IMG/VR virus record: IMGVR_UViG_3300030329_001103
Span: 1,855-65,854 of that record
Source: a virus
Lineage: Duplodnaviria; Caudoviricetes
Reading direction: 5' to 3' (one strand)
DNA: 64,000 nucleotides
Below the pieces are notes generated by a model. That model searched no databases. It saw nothing but the letters and a program-made list of their open reading frames with translations, and was not told where the DNA came from. Made by a program: the position numbers and the translations under genes. Shown piece after piece: positions 26,131-34,671 of the stretch; positions within the stretch are counted from its first letter, which is position 1; each line of letters opens with the position of its first letter.

Positions 26131-28161
26131 ATGAAAAACCTAACAGGTTTAAAATCCAGCTTGAAAAAGCTGGTGGCAGATTCCGTTTTTCACGGGCCTA
26201 TTCCTCGACTTGCGAGGTGGGTGTGGGACGAAAGATCGCTTGAATCGATCGTTGATCGTTCGGTGAATCCCACTAAATGTGCCTTAGATACCTTAGCCGA
26301 AGGCAAGGAATTGTCGGAGGTTTACCAAGGATTCTTGGATTATCTTGAAGAAGAAAATCCTGGATTCTTGGCAGAAGTAAAATCACTTGACCAAGTTAAA
26401 CTGGTTGAAGTGATTCAAGATGCAGTGGCACAAGCCCACCGTGATGAATGCCAGGAAGATAGCTTCCACTACCTACCTACCAGAGATGGTAGAATCTTCT
26501 TCACTACCGCAGAAATGCGAGAAATGAAAATAGAAGAAGGTAGTATGCATGACATCGAAGTCTCACGTCACTGGGACAGCGACCATGTTGTTTCAGAAAA
26601 CATGCGTGAAAGGGCTCGCCGTGACTTTGAAGCACCTAGTGTGCTTCTCTTGGATGATATTGAACTGCTTGTTCAAGCTAACGAAGCTATCGAAGGCGAC
26701 AACGCGCTGTTCCATCCAGATTTCTACGACAATGTGAACAACATTGGTAGCGCAGACTTTCATGTACTACCCAACATGATTACTCAAGTTGGTCGTGAAA
26801 TGTATAACACGAAGAGTAAAGGATTTATCCAAGCTTCAAAGCATCTTCGTTACTGTTACGGTACCCCTGAGGACATTCCGTCCACTCCTGAGAACACGAA
26901 ATTTATCTTTGATAGTTTCGATAAACTTGGGTTGAGTCCTACGAAAGTAGATCATATCCTTAGTAATCCTTCGGGTTATGTTAGAAGTTTAGTGGATGGT
27001 AAGAAAACCCTTCGTAATTTGAACTACGCACACATTGCTAATGATTTGCTAACCAAAGGCGCAACTAATCGTTGTGTAACGTTGGACGGTAATTCAATGG
27101 CGATCGTTACTAAAGCAGTAGTGTGGGGCCAAGACGTTATTCAGAAACTCTTTGGTCGTAGTGTTGCAAGTTTGGTTGATGCAAATCATCCTGACTATGT
27201 TCACCCTCGAGCCGGCGTTTATAACGGCATGATGGTACGAGGTAATAGGGTTGACGGATTTGGTTCCTTCCCAGAACTAGCAAGAGTTCCATTCGATTCG
27301 TTTGATGCAGATGGAGGGTCAACGTACTTTGTACAGACTGTCTATGGTGCTCAAGCTAAGCGTAATGCTTTAACAATGCTAGGTCTAAAAAGTAGGATCC
27401 TACCTCAAGACTTAGAAGACGCAACCGATGTTGACGAACTTGATCTACTAATGAGTATTATCGGAGACGAAACAACAAACTCCGCTTCTATTCCAGATTG
27501 GGCTCTGCAACTATGGATTAACTGGTGTGCTAGCAAAGGCGCTGATCCCGATACTTCAAATGATCTTATCCTACAAGATTTTGCAGATAGTATCATGGGT
27601 GAGTGGGTAGATACTGTTCATGCGAACCTACCAATTCTTGGTGTTTCTAGTAAATTGTGTAACTACATTTATACTAAAACCAAGAAAGAAACTGGTGCAC
27701 CACCTCGTGTTCAATTCACTGACGATTACGGTTTTAGTATCCGAGACGTAGTGAGACATCCAAGCAAGTACCGCAGACTTAACATAACAGTCGGCAAAGA
27801 CTTGTATACCTTGGGTGTACGCGGTAAGGTCCGAAGGTTTCATTTCAAAGAACATGGTACTATGCTAGATCCTTTAGCGGAACATGGTACAGAAGTTATT
27901 TGGATGTGGGATTGGAAAGACCGCTTCCGTGAAGCTATTAGTCATATTACCAAACATCACGGCAACATTGAACTTCGTTCTTTGTTTGACGGTGGCATGG
28001 TTCCTGCATCACTAGCTTTAATAGCTAGTCAAACAGCAACCCAAGCTATGAATGGTTTACCAGATAAAATTAGTTCGTTACCAGAACAGTACGGACTACC
28101 TCATCCAGGTAAAGGTGGTAATCTATTGGACGATAACGCAATAATTGTGAGTATGGAATAA
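26131..28161 (+). CDS. Highly diverged T7/N4-family single-subunit RNA polymerase-like protein
   Basis: Motifs in correct order: TQVGR (DxxGR), VTLDGNS (A, D319), VQTVYG (B, Y405, lacking R/K), RRLNI specificity-loop-like, WMWD..26 aa..LRSLFDG (C, D620). Confidence 0.65.
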   Translation: MKNLTGLKSSLKKLVADSVFHGPIPRLARWVWDERSLESIVDRSVNPTKCALDTLAEGKELSEVYQGFLDYLEEENPGFLAEVKSLDQVKLVEVIQDAVAQAHRDECQEDSFHYLPTRDGRIFFTTAEMREMKIEEGSMHDIEVSRHWDSDHVVSENMRERARRDFEAPSVLLLDDIELLVQANEAIEGDNALFHPDFYDNVNNIGSADFHVLPNMITQVGREMYNTKSKGFIQASKHLRYCYGTPEDIPSTPENTKFIFDSFDKLGLSPTKVDHILSNPSGYVRSLVDGKKTLRNLNYAHIANDLLTKGATNRCVTLDGNSMAIVTKAVVWGQDVIQKLFGRSVASLVDANHPDYVHPRAGVYNGMMVRGNRVDGFGSFPELARVPFDSFDADGGSTYFVQTVYGAQAKRNALTMLGLKSRILPQDLEDATDVDELDLLMSIIGDETTNSASIPDWALQLWINWCASKGADPDTSNDLILQDFADSIMGEWVDTVHANLPILGVSSKLCNYIYTKTKKETGAPPRVQFTDDYGFSIRDVVRHPSKYRRLNITVGKDLYTLGVRGKVRRFHFKEHGTMLDPLAEHGTEVIWMWDWKDRFREAISHITKHHGNIELRSLFDGGMVPASLALIASQTATQAMNGLPDKISSLPEQYGLPHPGKGGNLLDDNAIIVSME

Positions 28162-28184
28162 GGAGAATCTGCTCGGGGGAATGC

Positions 28185-28218
28185 GCTATCAGGTGTAGAA
28201 ATATGCCTGATAGCTTTT
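28185..28218 (+). terminator. Probable intrinsic terminator
   Basis: GCTATCAGGTGTA-GAAA-TATGCCTGATAGC followed by TTTT, after the 676-aa gene. Confidence 0.6.
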
Positions 28219-28279
28219 GAGGTAGAGGACAACGTGTTCTCTACATTCACACTGTTTTGTTAACTGGAAGGAAAATCCA

Positions 28280-28855
28280 ATGAGCGAAAAAACTCACAAC
28301 ACATGGACTCACACAGTCTTCAATGCGACGGGTGTAAGAGCCTCGTCTACACCTTGGTTAGTAGCTATCACACTCTATCGACCTAAAGAAGCTGAACACA
28401 CAGTAACTGTCAGAGCATGGAGAGCCGACAAGCCTCAAGCTCCTGATACTACGTGGTACTCTGGCATCATGCCTGTTCAAGCCTTCAAAGGTAAGTCAAT
28501 TTTAGATGGTGCTTGCGATGTTGCTAGGAAACATGGCAAAGTAAAAGTAGGTACAAAGATCTCAGGTCTAGGAAAGAAAGGCATGAGACTATTCTCATGG
28601 AATCTTGCCGCACCCCTCTCTTTCGAAAAGAATAGTACAGGCAAGAGACTACGCTGTACTATGAGTCTTACACATGCCTTCAAAAGTACGATAACCCTAA
28701 CTTATGAAGGACCATGGATCGCTGGAGATGTTAATGGCGCTGCTCAAGGTGCTATGTGGGATGCATGGAATAAGGATATGGAAGGCTTCGCTAATATCAA
28801 TGATTGTATTGGTGAAGAAGAAGCCATGGATTACATGACTCAAACTGTATCCTAA
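28280..28855 (+). CDS. Hypothetical protein
   Basis: 191-aa ORF with GGAAGGA RBS, followed by a terminator. Confidence 0.7.
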   Translation: MSEKTHNTWTHTVFNATGVRASSTPWLVAITLYRPKEAEHTVTVRAWRADKPQAPDTTWYSGIMPVQAFKGKSILDGACDVARKHGKVKVGTKISGLGKKGMRLFSWNLAAPLSFEKNSTGKRLRCTMSLTHAFKSTITLTYEGPWIAGDVNGAAQGAMWDAWNKDMEGFANINDCIGEEEAMDYMTQTVS

Positions 28856-28871
28856 TACCGGAGGAACACGC

Positions 28872-28905
28872 GATTCCTTAGGTCGAAAGACCTAAGGAAT
28901 CTTTT
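28872..28905 (+). terminator. Rho-independent terminator (GAAA tetraloop), copy 2
   Basis: Perfect 13-bp stem GATTCCTTAGGTC/GACCTAAGGAATC followed by a T-rich run. Confidence 0.8.
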
Positions 28906-29041
28906 ATTATTATTTTTTTACTACTCTTATGAGGGAGAGTGGACTGCCTACAGGTCAGAAGGTATGGGGTCGGTATTCTGACCTCTGAAGAGTCTGATGG
29001 TGTCTGAAGTCGGAACTATTTTTGTAAGAAATAAAAAAGTA

Positions 29042-29070
29042 TGCCCTATAGTTGGGTCTAAAAGATAAGA
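29042..29070 (+). promoter_or_regulatory. Candidate phage-RNAP promoter, copy 1
   Basis: TGCCCTATAGTTGGGTCTAAAAGATAAGA matches 47192-47220 at 26/29. Confidence 0.55.
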
Positions 29071-29255
29071 ACATAAGGTGTCTGTCTATTTGTTATATAA
29101 TAATCTAATATAAGAAGGAGTCTGAAGCAATGGGCTTCGCCTACTCAGAAGGTTCAGCGGACCGGCTTCGCCTAACCCGCTGACCCCAATCGTTCCCGAA
29201 CATGTCGGGAATGCGTACACCACTTGTGTGCGCGGTCTTAACTGGAGACAGTCCA

Positions 29256-29504
29256 ATGGCTAAATCCTTAGCTGAACTTGGATTCGGAACCGGTGGCAAG
29301 AACTACGGTTCACCCTCTGACCTCGATGCTGTGACATTGACGATGAGAGCGAACAACGTACCTTCTTTGTTCAATGACGACCTCAGTCTGAAGACCCATG
29401 TGGCTGCAAGCCCTGGGTGGACAGCTTGGGCGAACCATTGTCTGGCTTGTGCAAGGCTTATCGCTGAGCGCAAGACTGCTACCGCAGCCAAAGCCAAGGC
29501 GTGA
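29256..29504 (+). CDS. Hypothetical protein (82 aa)
   Basis: ATG 29256 with GGAG RBS, in frame with track ORF 29202..29504. Confidence 0.6.
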   Translation: MAKSLAELGFGTGGKNYGSPSDLDAVTLTMRANNVPSLFNDDLSLKTHVAASPGWTAWANHCLACARLIAERKTATAAKAKA

Positions 29505-30200
29505 GTTAGTGCTCGCATTCAACGGCATCCCGAAGTGGGTGCCTTTATATGCGGACATTAGCCGACCCCCTCGCATATGTTGGGGTCTGCTTTTTTCCTC
29601 AGGTTAGGAAAGGGTGAGCGTATACATGCAGCCCTGGGTGAGTGTGACTGTGATTGACAGCCCGAAGTGCGGTGGAAGAAACTCACAGGAGATGCGGCAA
29701 CTGTATCTATAAACCGAGAAGAGTTGCGAACCTAACCTAAGTGATAGTGGTAGGTGTGCAATGCTATTCGCAAGCAACCTACTGCTATCACTAACGATTA
29801 ACCCGGAGTCTAAATCCAAGACTCAGTAAACTGGATACCAGAGCACAACTGGTACATCAAAGCCTACGGTATAACGCTGGGATACAGGTATGTAAAGCGA
29901 CGGCTTCGATTCGTCTGTAATACCTGCCAGCTTCCGCCGTAGTAGACAAACTATTTATAGGCACGACGGTGCCGTCCGTGGCTGAATAAGCTCTGTGATA
30001 AGGAGCTAAGGCACACACTAGACTGTGGTGGTCTGACTGATGCACATAATGTGTGAGGTCATCCTCGTGACTGAGGATATGGTGGTAGGTGGTTGTAATA
30101 CAAGAGTATTATCCCTCTGCCTTGCAGGTATACCTGAATCCTGCCGGACACTAATCTACTATACAGTCAAGCGTATGGCTGTAGTTACACTGGTCCTAGT
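29505..30200 (+). ncRNA. Densely structured non-coding region, candidate long ncRNA or processed leader
   Basis: No credible + ORF for about 700 nt; many stems with G-U pairs, e.g. 29601-29608/29731-29738 and the 16-bp 29740-29755/29777-29792. Confidence 0.45.
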
Positions 30201-30215
30201 AAGAGGAATTTAATA

Positions 30216-30413
30216 ATGATACATTGCCCTGAATGCAATTCACCAGAGGTACACCCAACTGAAGAAGGTAAGATTCTTATCAGAGGTTGTAAGGTATATG
30301 ATGAAGATAATAATGCATGGTCACACTGTATGGTGTGCTCAGGTAACTATAACAAGGAACTTGAGTGGCTTAACTTGCCTCTTAACAGAGACGAAGGATG
30401 GTTTATGTCATGA
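30216..30413 (+). CDS. Small Zn-ribbon protein
   Basis: CPEC...CMVC; GAGG RBS. Confidence 0.6.
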   Translation: MIHCPECNSPEVHPTEEGKILIRGCKVYDEDNNAWSHCMVCSGNYNKELEWLNLPLNRDEGWFMS

Positions 30414-30775
30414 ATAAACATAAGAAATCAGTACCCTTTGAGGGTCCTATTAACCTGAAGCAATGGGCTAAAGAGCATCCAGCTTCGACCTTTACACATA
30501 AAGGTGTAGAGCATAAGATAACCGGGAAAAGGTATTGCTGTCAGGAAGACGACAATCTTAACAGCATTCAGAAGCTTCATCAGCGGAAGATACTTAATGT
30601 ATACGAGCCGATTGAAGCTTACAATGAGAAGTGGGAGCATCACTTTATTAAAAGCGGTAAAGACTTTGGTAAGTATGTGAGTGCTAACCCCATTCCTGGG
30701 ACTAAAGTACGGAATGACTTACCTCCCTTGTATCTACAATGGAAGGAAGCTTTCAGGAATGATCGTAAGAAATGA
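30410..30775 (+). CDS. Hypothetical early protein
   Basis: ATGA-coupled ORF in a compact early cluster. Confidence 0.6.
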   Translation: MNKHKKSVPFEGPINLKQWAKEHPASTFTHKGVEHKITGKRYCCQEDDNLNSIQKLHQRKILNVYEPIEAYNEKWEHHFIKSGKDFGKYVSANPIPGTKVRNDLPPLYLQWKEAFRNDRKK

Positions 30776-30935
30776 GAAAAGGAAGCAGGCTATCAAACGA
30801 TACACTGCTATAGCTCACAGAGTGGGCTTACCTTTTGATAAGTATATAGATTTATTAGATAGTAGCGTGGTATATATTAATATGCATGCTCAAAAGTTAG
30901 AGAAACAATATGAACGAAAAAGAATTAGAGATTAG
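30759..30935 (+). CDS. Hypothetical small protein
   Basis: Fills the gap between neighbours; start uncertain. Confidence 0.4.
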   Translation: MIVRNEKRKQAIKRYTAIAHRVGLPFDKYIDLLDSSVVYINMHAQKLEKQYERKRIRD

Positions 30936-31299
30936 TGGATGGCATGAACTCCGTGAAGATGGTATAATGTATGCCTGCGTTAATTTAATTGACATTAATG
31001 GACAAGAAATACCTACACTATGGCAAATAGAAGCCGAAGAAGAAGGTATTTATGTAAGGTTAACAGGCCCTGGTAATGCTTATGCTATTGCCCTTGTTAC
31101 CGATAAGATAGAAGCAAAGGTAGAGATTGCCTGTATTGTGAGAGAGCTTGATATGTTCTCTGAAAAAATGATTGATACTTTTAAAGAAATGATAGACGAT
31201 GTATGGTCTACATTCTTATCTGATTATGAATCAAACTTTGGAACTATGCGTAATCAGTTACGCGAATTAATGCAAGAGAGGATTGACCAATGGGATTAG
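30910..31299 (+). CDS. Hypothetical acidic protein
   Basis: 129-aa ORF in early cluster. Confidence 0.6.
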   Translation: MNEKELEISGWHELREDGIMYACVNLIDINGQEIPTLWQIEAEEEGIYVRLTGPGNAYAIALVTDKIEAKVEIACIVRELDMFSEKMIDTFKEMIDDVWSTFLSDYESNFGTMRNQLRELMQERIDQWD

Positions 31300-31631
31300 A
31301 TCAATATGCACTAAGTAGAACACCTGCCGAACCTGAGTTCAGATGGCGTAAACATCCTAACCTACAAGGCTGGATGGAAAGACTATGGGAATCACGAGGT
31401 GGCGAAGGTTGCTTCAACTGTGTAGAGTTACGTCTCTATCAAGAGGACATCCAACAACTAGCAACTGACATCATGTCAGGCAACCTGAATGGTGGTGATG
31501 AGGATACTGAAGGATTCTTCTTCGGTAATAATTCTGATGAGCACTACAGAGATCAGGACTTAGAGTTCTGTAAATGGGCACTCAAGGAACTAGCCAAAGG
31601 AAACGAGGTGATATATGACAGCTGGTGGTAA
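31290..31631 (+). CDS. Conserved phage hypothetical protein (MGLDQY...WRKH..LQGW...GFFFG...YDSWW type)
   Basis: Motif set commonly seen in phage early proteins; GAGG RBS. Confidence 0.7.
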   Translation: MGLDQYALSRTPAEPEFRWRKHPNLQGWMERLWESRGGEGCFNCVELRLYQEDIQQLATDIMSGNLNGGDEDTEGFFFGNNSDEHYRDQDLEFCKWALKELAKGNEVIYDSWW

Positions 31632-31854
31632 AGAAGATGCAAACCTGTGTCACGATGACCCAGGACTAGACGACCCTAACTTTGGGGTGTCATCACACGG
31701 TGGATTCTGTGTCGTTAGAGTACATGACTCACTGTCTGTAGTGGTCATCAATGAACCAAGCTTTGTAACAGTAGAAGTTTATGAAAGAACTGAAGATGAT
31801 GCACCTATCGATTCAATGGTATTTCATAAAAAGGATTATAATAATGATGAATGA
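31615..31854 (+). CDS. Hypothetical protein
   Basis: GAGGTG RBS, overlaps neighbours. Confidence 0.55.
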   Translation: MTAGGKEDANLCHDDPGLDDPNFGVSSHGGFCVVRVHDSLSVVVINEPSFVTVEVYERTEDDAPIDSMVFHKKDYNNDE

Positions 31855-32065
31855 TGAACTCTGTTGCACCTACTGCGGTGCTACTGAAGGTGTCTATGAG
31901 TACCATATGGCAGGATACGATATAAACAGAGATGACAATGACGATCTACCAGTATATGGTGGATTAGATTACCCTGTAGAATATTACTGGTGTTATAACT
32001 GTGACCAAGAAACTGATGTAGAAATGCACGAGAACTGGTGCGAAAGGACAACCAATGAAGACTAG
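31844..32065 (+). CDS. Small acidic Zn-ribbon protein
   Basis: CTYC...CYNC. Confidence 0.6.
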   Translation: MMNDELCCTYCGATEGVYEYHMAGYDINRDDNDDLPVYGGLDYPVEYYWCYNCDQETDVEMHENWCERTTNED

Positions 32066-32321
32066 AACTGAAATCATCGGTGAGACTAACTGGTATGAGG
32101 TAGCACAACAATGCTACTATGGATATATGAGTGGTGATATAGATGCCCTTCATATCCTAGAATACTATGCTGAAGTTCTTACTGACTATGAATGCTGTAG
32201 TTGTTTAGGAACTAGCCAAAGACAACACGAAGAATTAAGATGGATACCTGAACTTGGAGAGGGTGGGGTATTCTACTGTGAAGAATGTGCAGAAGCAGAA
32301 GGAGTATTTGACCATGCCTAA
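32055..32321 (+). CDS. Small acidic Zn-finger protein
   Basis: CCSC...CEEC; AAGGA RBS. Confidence 0.6.
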   Translation: MKTRTEIIGETNWYEVAQQCYYGYMSGDIDALHILEYYAEVLTDYECCSCLGTSQRQHEELRWIPELGEGGVFYCEECAEAEGVFDHA

Positions 32322-32586
32322 CTGGTGTTATAATAGAGTAAGTATTACATGCGAAACTGAAGAGATGGCTGAAGAAGTTCTTGAATTTCTAAAGGATCAT
32401 GAGCAAGTATGCGAAATCTTTGATGCGCATACCCATGATATTGATGTATGGCTAGAGTTTGAAAGCCGATGGGAACCTGCTGAAGATGCTTGGATAGACC
32501 TACAAGAAAAGTGGGGTGATGAGATTTCTATTAGCTGGTTCTATGATGAACCTGGAATGCAACTAGCTGGATACTTAGGAGCTTGA
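32314..32586 (+). CDS. YubB/DUF1281 ferredoxin-like domain protein
   Basis: MPNWCYN start, FESRW.P and YDEPG motifs. Confidence 0.7.
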   Translation: MPNWCYNRVSITCETEEMAEEVLEFLKDHEQVCEIFDAHTHDIDVWLEFESRWEPAEDAWIDLQEKWGDEISISWFYDEPGMQLAGYLGA

Positions 32587-32879
32587 CAATGAACATGAGT
32601 GATGTTGAACCTAACTATATACCTAAGTGGCACTGCAGCGAATGCGGTAGCTATAATGTAGAATCAATAGAGAATGCTAGGTTTGATCCTAACAATAACT
32701 ATGCATTCGTAGAAGCATGTGATATACATATCCTTGACTGGTGTAATGATTGCGATAAGGAGACAACCTTAGATGAATGCTATATGACTTGGGCAGATTG
32801 GGCAGATCGTAATAATATTCCATACAAGGATTGGACATCCCGTCATAATATAATGATGAGGGAGCCTGATAACGAATGA
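32583..32879 (+). CDS. Small Zn-ribbon protein
   Basis: CSECGS...WCNDC. Confidence 0.6.
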   Translation: MTMNMSDVEPNYIPKWHCSECGSYNVESIENARFDPNNNYAFVEACDIHILDWCNDCDKETTLDECYMTWADWADRNNIPYKDWTSRHNIMMREPDNE

Positions 32880-33100
32880 AGAAACGAATACACATTAATC
32901 AACATGTAATAAGAAGAAACAAAAAGACTGGTGAACGAGAGCCTGTGATTACCTGTAAAACATACAAGGATAACACATACTGTCATACATTAGTTATCAA
33001 TGAACACACTAAAGTAATCTATAGTCCTGACAAACCACTACCATGTGGTGCTCAGGTGTGGATTGAAACTACTGAGGAGGTAGAATGTTTAAATATATAG
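32876..33100 (+). CDS. Conserved phage hypothetical protein
   Basis: IHINQH..R.N...PVIT.K...YSPDKPL.CGA.VWIET pattern common in phages. Confidence 0.7.
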   Translation: MKKRIHINQHVIRRNKKTGEREPVITCKTYKDNTYCHTLVINEHTKVIYSPDKPLPCGAQVWIETTEEVECLNI

Positions 33101-33360
33101 CAATTCTAGCAATAATACCACTTGCCTGTTTAGGTGCAGCAATGATAGCACCACCTAGTAAAGCCATGATGCCCAGAATTATGTGGTATGATGTGCTAAA
33201 TGCACCGGAGTTTGACGCTGGTGGCTGGGCTAATACTATTATAATTAGAGCTTGGTCTGATGGTGTCATTGAAGCTCGAGGAGTTAGATGGAATGCTGCA
33301 AGTAATTGCATAGCACCTATCGATATGTGCGATGATGATTGGAGAATTATTAATGACTGA
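33085..33360 (+). CDS. Secreted or membrane-anchored small protein
   Basis: N-terminal signal-like hydrophobic segment; GAGGAGG RBS. Confidence 0.55.
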   Translation: MFKYIAILAIIPLACLGAAMIAPPSKAMMPRIMWYDVLNAPEFDAGGWANTIIIRAWSDGVIEARGVRWNAASNCIAPIDMCDDDWRIIND

Positions 33361-33679
33361 AAAGATATTTGAAACAGACAGGAAGTTCTGGTCTGTACCT
33401 GTTACTATTGTAAGTAATGTATGGGAGAGTGGTTATCATATCTATGAAGCTGACTCAGCAGAGGAAGCACTAGAAATGTATGAGTCTGAGAAAGAAACTC
33501 CCCATGAAATAGAGTATACTGGATGGGTAGATCAAGAGTATAAGTATGATGAAATAGCCATTGAAGCTTACTCTGATATTGAAGAGCTAAACAACAATTG
33601 CGCAGATGTTCAAGCTATACTCTGGGCAGAGGAACGCAGAGAAGAATGGTTAGCTCAACAGGAAGGTAAGAAACAATGA
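33353..33679 (+). CDS. Hypothetical acidic protein
   Basis: GGAG RBS before ATG 33353; EADSAEEA motif. Confidence 0.6.
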   Translation: MTEKIFETDRKFWSVPVTIVSNVWESGYHIYEADSAEEALEMYESEKETPHEIEYTGWVDQEYKYDEIAIEAYSDIEELNNNCADVQAILWAEERREEWLAQQEGKKQ

Positions 33680-33840
33680 AGAAATGGGGCATTAGAATAC
33701 ATAAAAAATGGTGGGTAGAACATGACAACAAACCTAGCATTTACTACCTTAAGCGTGAAGCTGAGGAAGATGCTGCGGATTTCAATTCAATGCGTAAGAA
33801 GGGTGATAACCCGTATACTGTAGAGGAGTATAAGAAATGA
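33676..33840 (+). CDS. Hypothetical small protein (54 aa, not in track)
   Basis: ATGA overlaps at both ends. Confidence 0.5.
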   Translation: MKKWGIRIHKKWWVEHDNKPSIYYLKREAEEDAADFNSMRKKGDNPYTVEEYKK

Positions 33841-33970
33841 CAGAATCTATGGTTGAGATACCTCACCAAGACTACCGTAACCTAATGTATATCTCAGGAT
33901 TCTTAATGGGACTGATACTAGGAGGTGGGATAATGACTATGATTATACACATTAAAGGAGAATATAAGTA

Positions 33971-34285
33971 ATGGATGCACTATTAGAAGAAGAAGTCGCT
34001 GATATTATCGTTGATAAGCTAGAAGTAGAGTATTTAGATCAGGGTTTAGGGTACTATGAGTACGGTGATGGAAATTATTATCATGAAAATTGGAATAATT
34101 GCTTGACACCACAGAAAATTATGGTACAATATCCCTTAGATACAGACAGTGCGATCTATACTAGGCTATATGGCTACTATGAAGATGATAATGGTGAACT
34201 TGAATGGCTTGCTGAATTAGATAATGTTATTTGGAATAAAGAATTAAAGTTATATGAAGCAACCTATGAGGTATATGAACCGTGA
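33971..34285 (+). CDS. Highly acidic hypothetical protein
   Basis: AAGGAG RBS; E/D/Y-rich 104 aa. Confidence 0.6.
   Translation: MDALLEEEVADIIVDKLEVEYLDQGLGYYEYGDGNYYHENWNNCLTPQKIMVQYPLDTDSAIYTRLYGYYEDDNGELEWLAELDNVIWNKELKLYEATYEVYEP
34103..34130 (+). promoter_or_regulatory. Sigma70-type promoter
   Basis: TTGACA-16 nt-TACAAT with extended -10 TG. Confidence 0.5.
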
Positions 34286-34362
34286 TTAAATGGAATCCCT
34301 TAGTATGGAACAGGATCATAGTTATCTATGGTCTATATAATTTTATAGTAGGAGTTTGTTAA

Positions 34363-34572
34363 ATGCAAATTGAACTATCAGAAACTTGTTTAGATACTAT
34401 GCTTAAGTGTGGTATAATTCATGACTACACAGACGATGGATACGTCTTACATGGACAGGGTGGCTGGGTTCCAGCTGGTGATGTCATTGAATTCTATCTA
34501 GGCATGGAGGAATTTGAGCTTGAAGAAGCGAAAAGAAAAGTGGCAGAAGCAACAACAAGAGCCGAAGCCTAA
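34363..34572 (+). CDS. Hypothetical protein
   Basis: AGGAG RBS; 69 aa. Confidence 0.55.
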   Translation: MQIELSETCLDTMLKCGIIHDYTDDGYVLHGQGGWVPAGDVIEFYLGMEEFELEEAKRKVAEATTRAEA

Positions 34573-34671
34573 GAAAAAAACTAAAAGACCCAAGAGACAA
34601 GCAATAAAATCTGATCTCAAGCGTTGGGATGAAGTTAATTGGGAAAAATACAGTGATGAATAGGAGCTAAT

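Noticed and set aside
30034-30062. Hammerhead ribozyme core (CTGATG...)
   Set aside because: Lacks the CUGANGA and GAAA core arrangement.
30060-30152. tRNA gene suggested by GCAGGT...GAATCCTGCC
   Set aside because: No TTC T-loop, D-arm or cloverleaf; no canonical tRNA was seen anywhere in the window.
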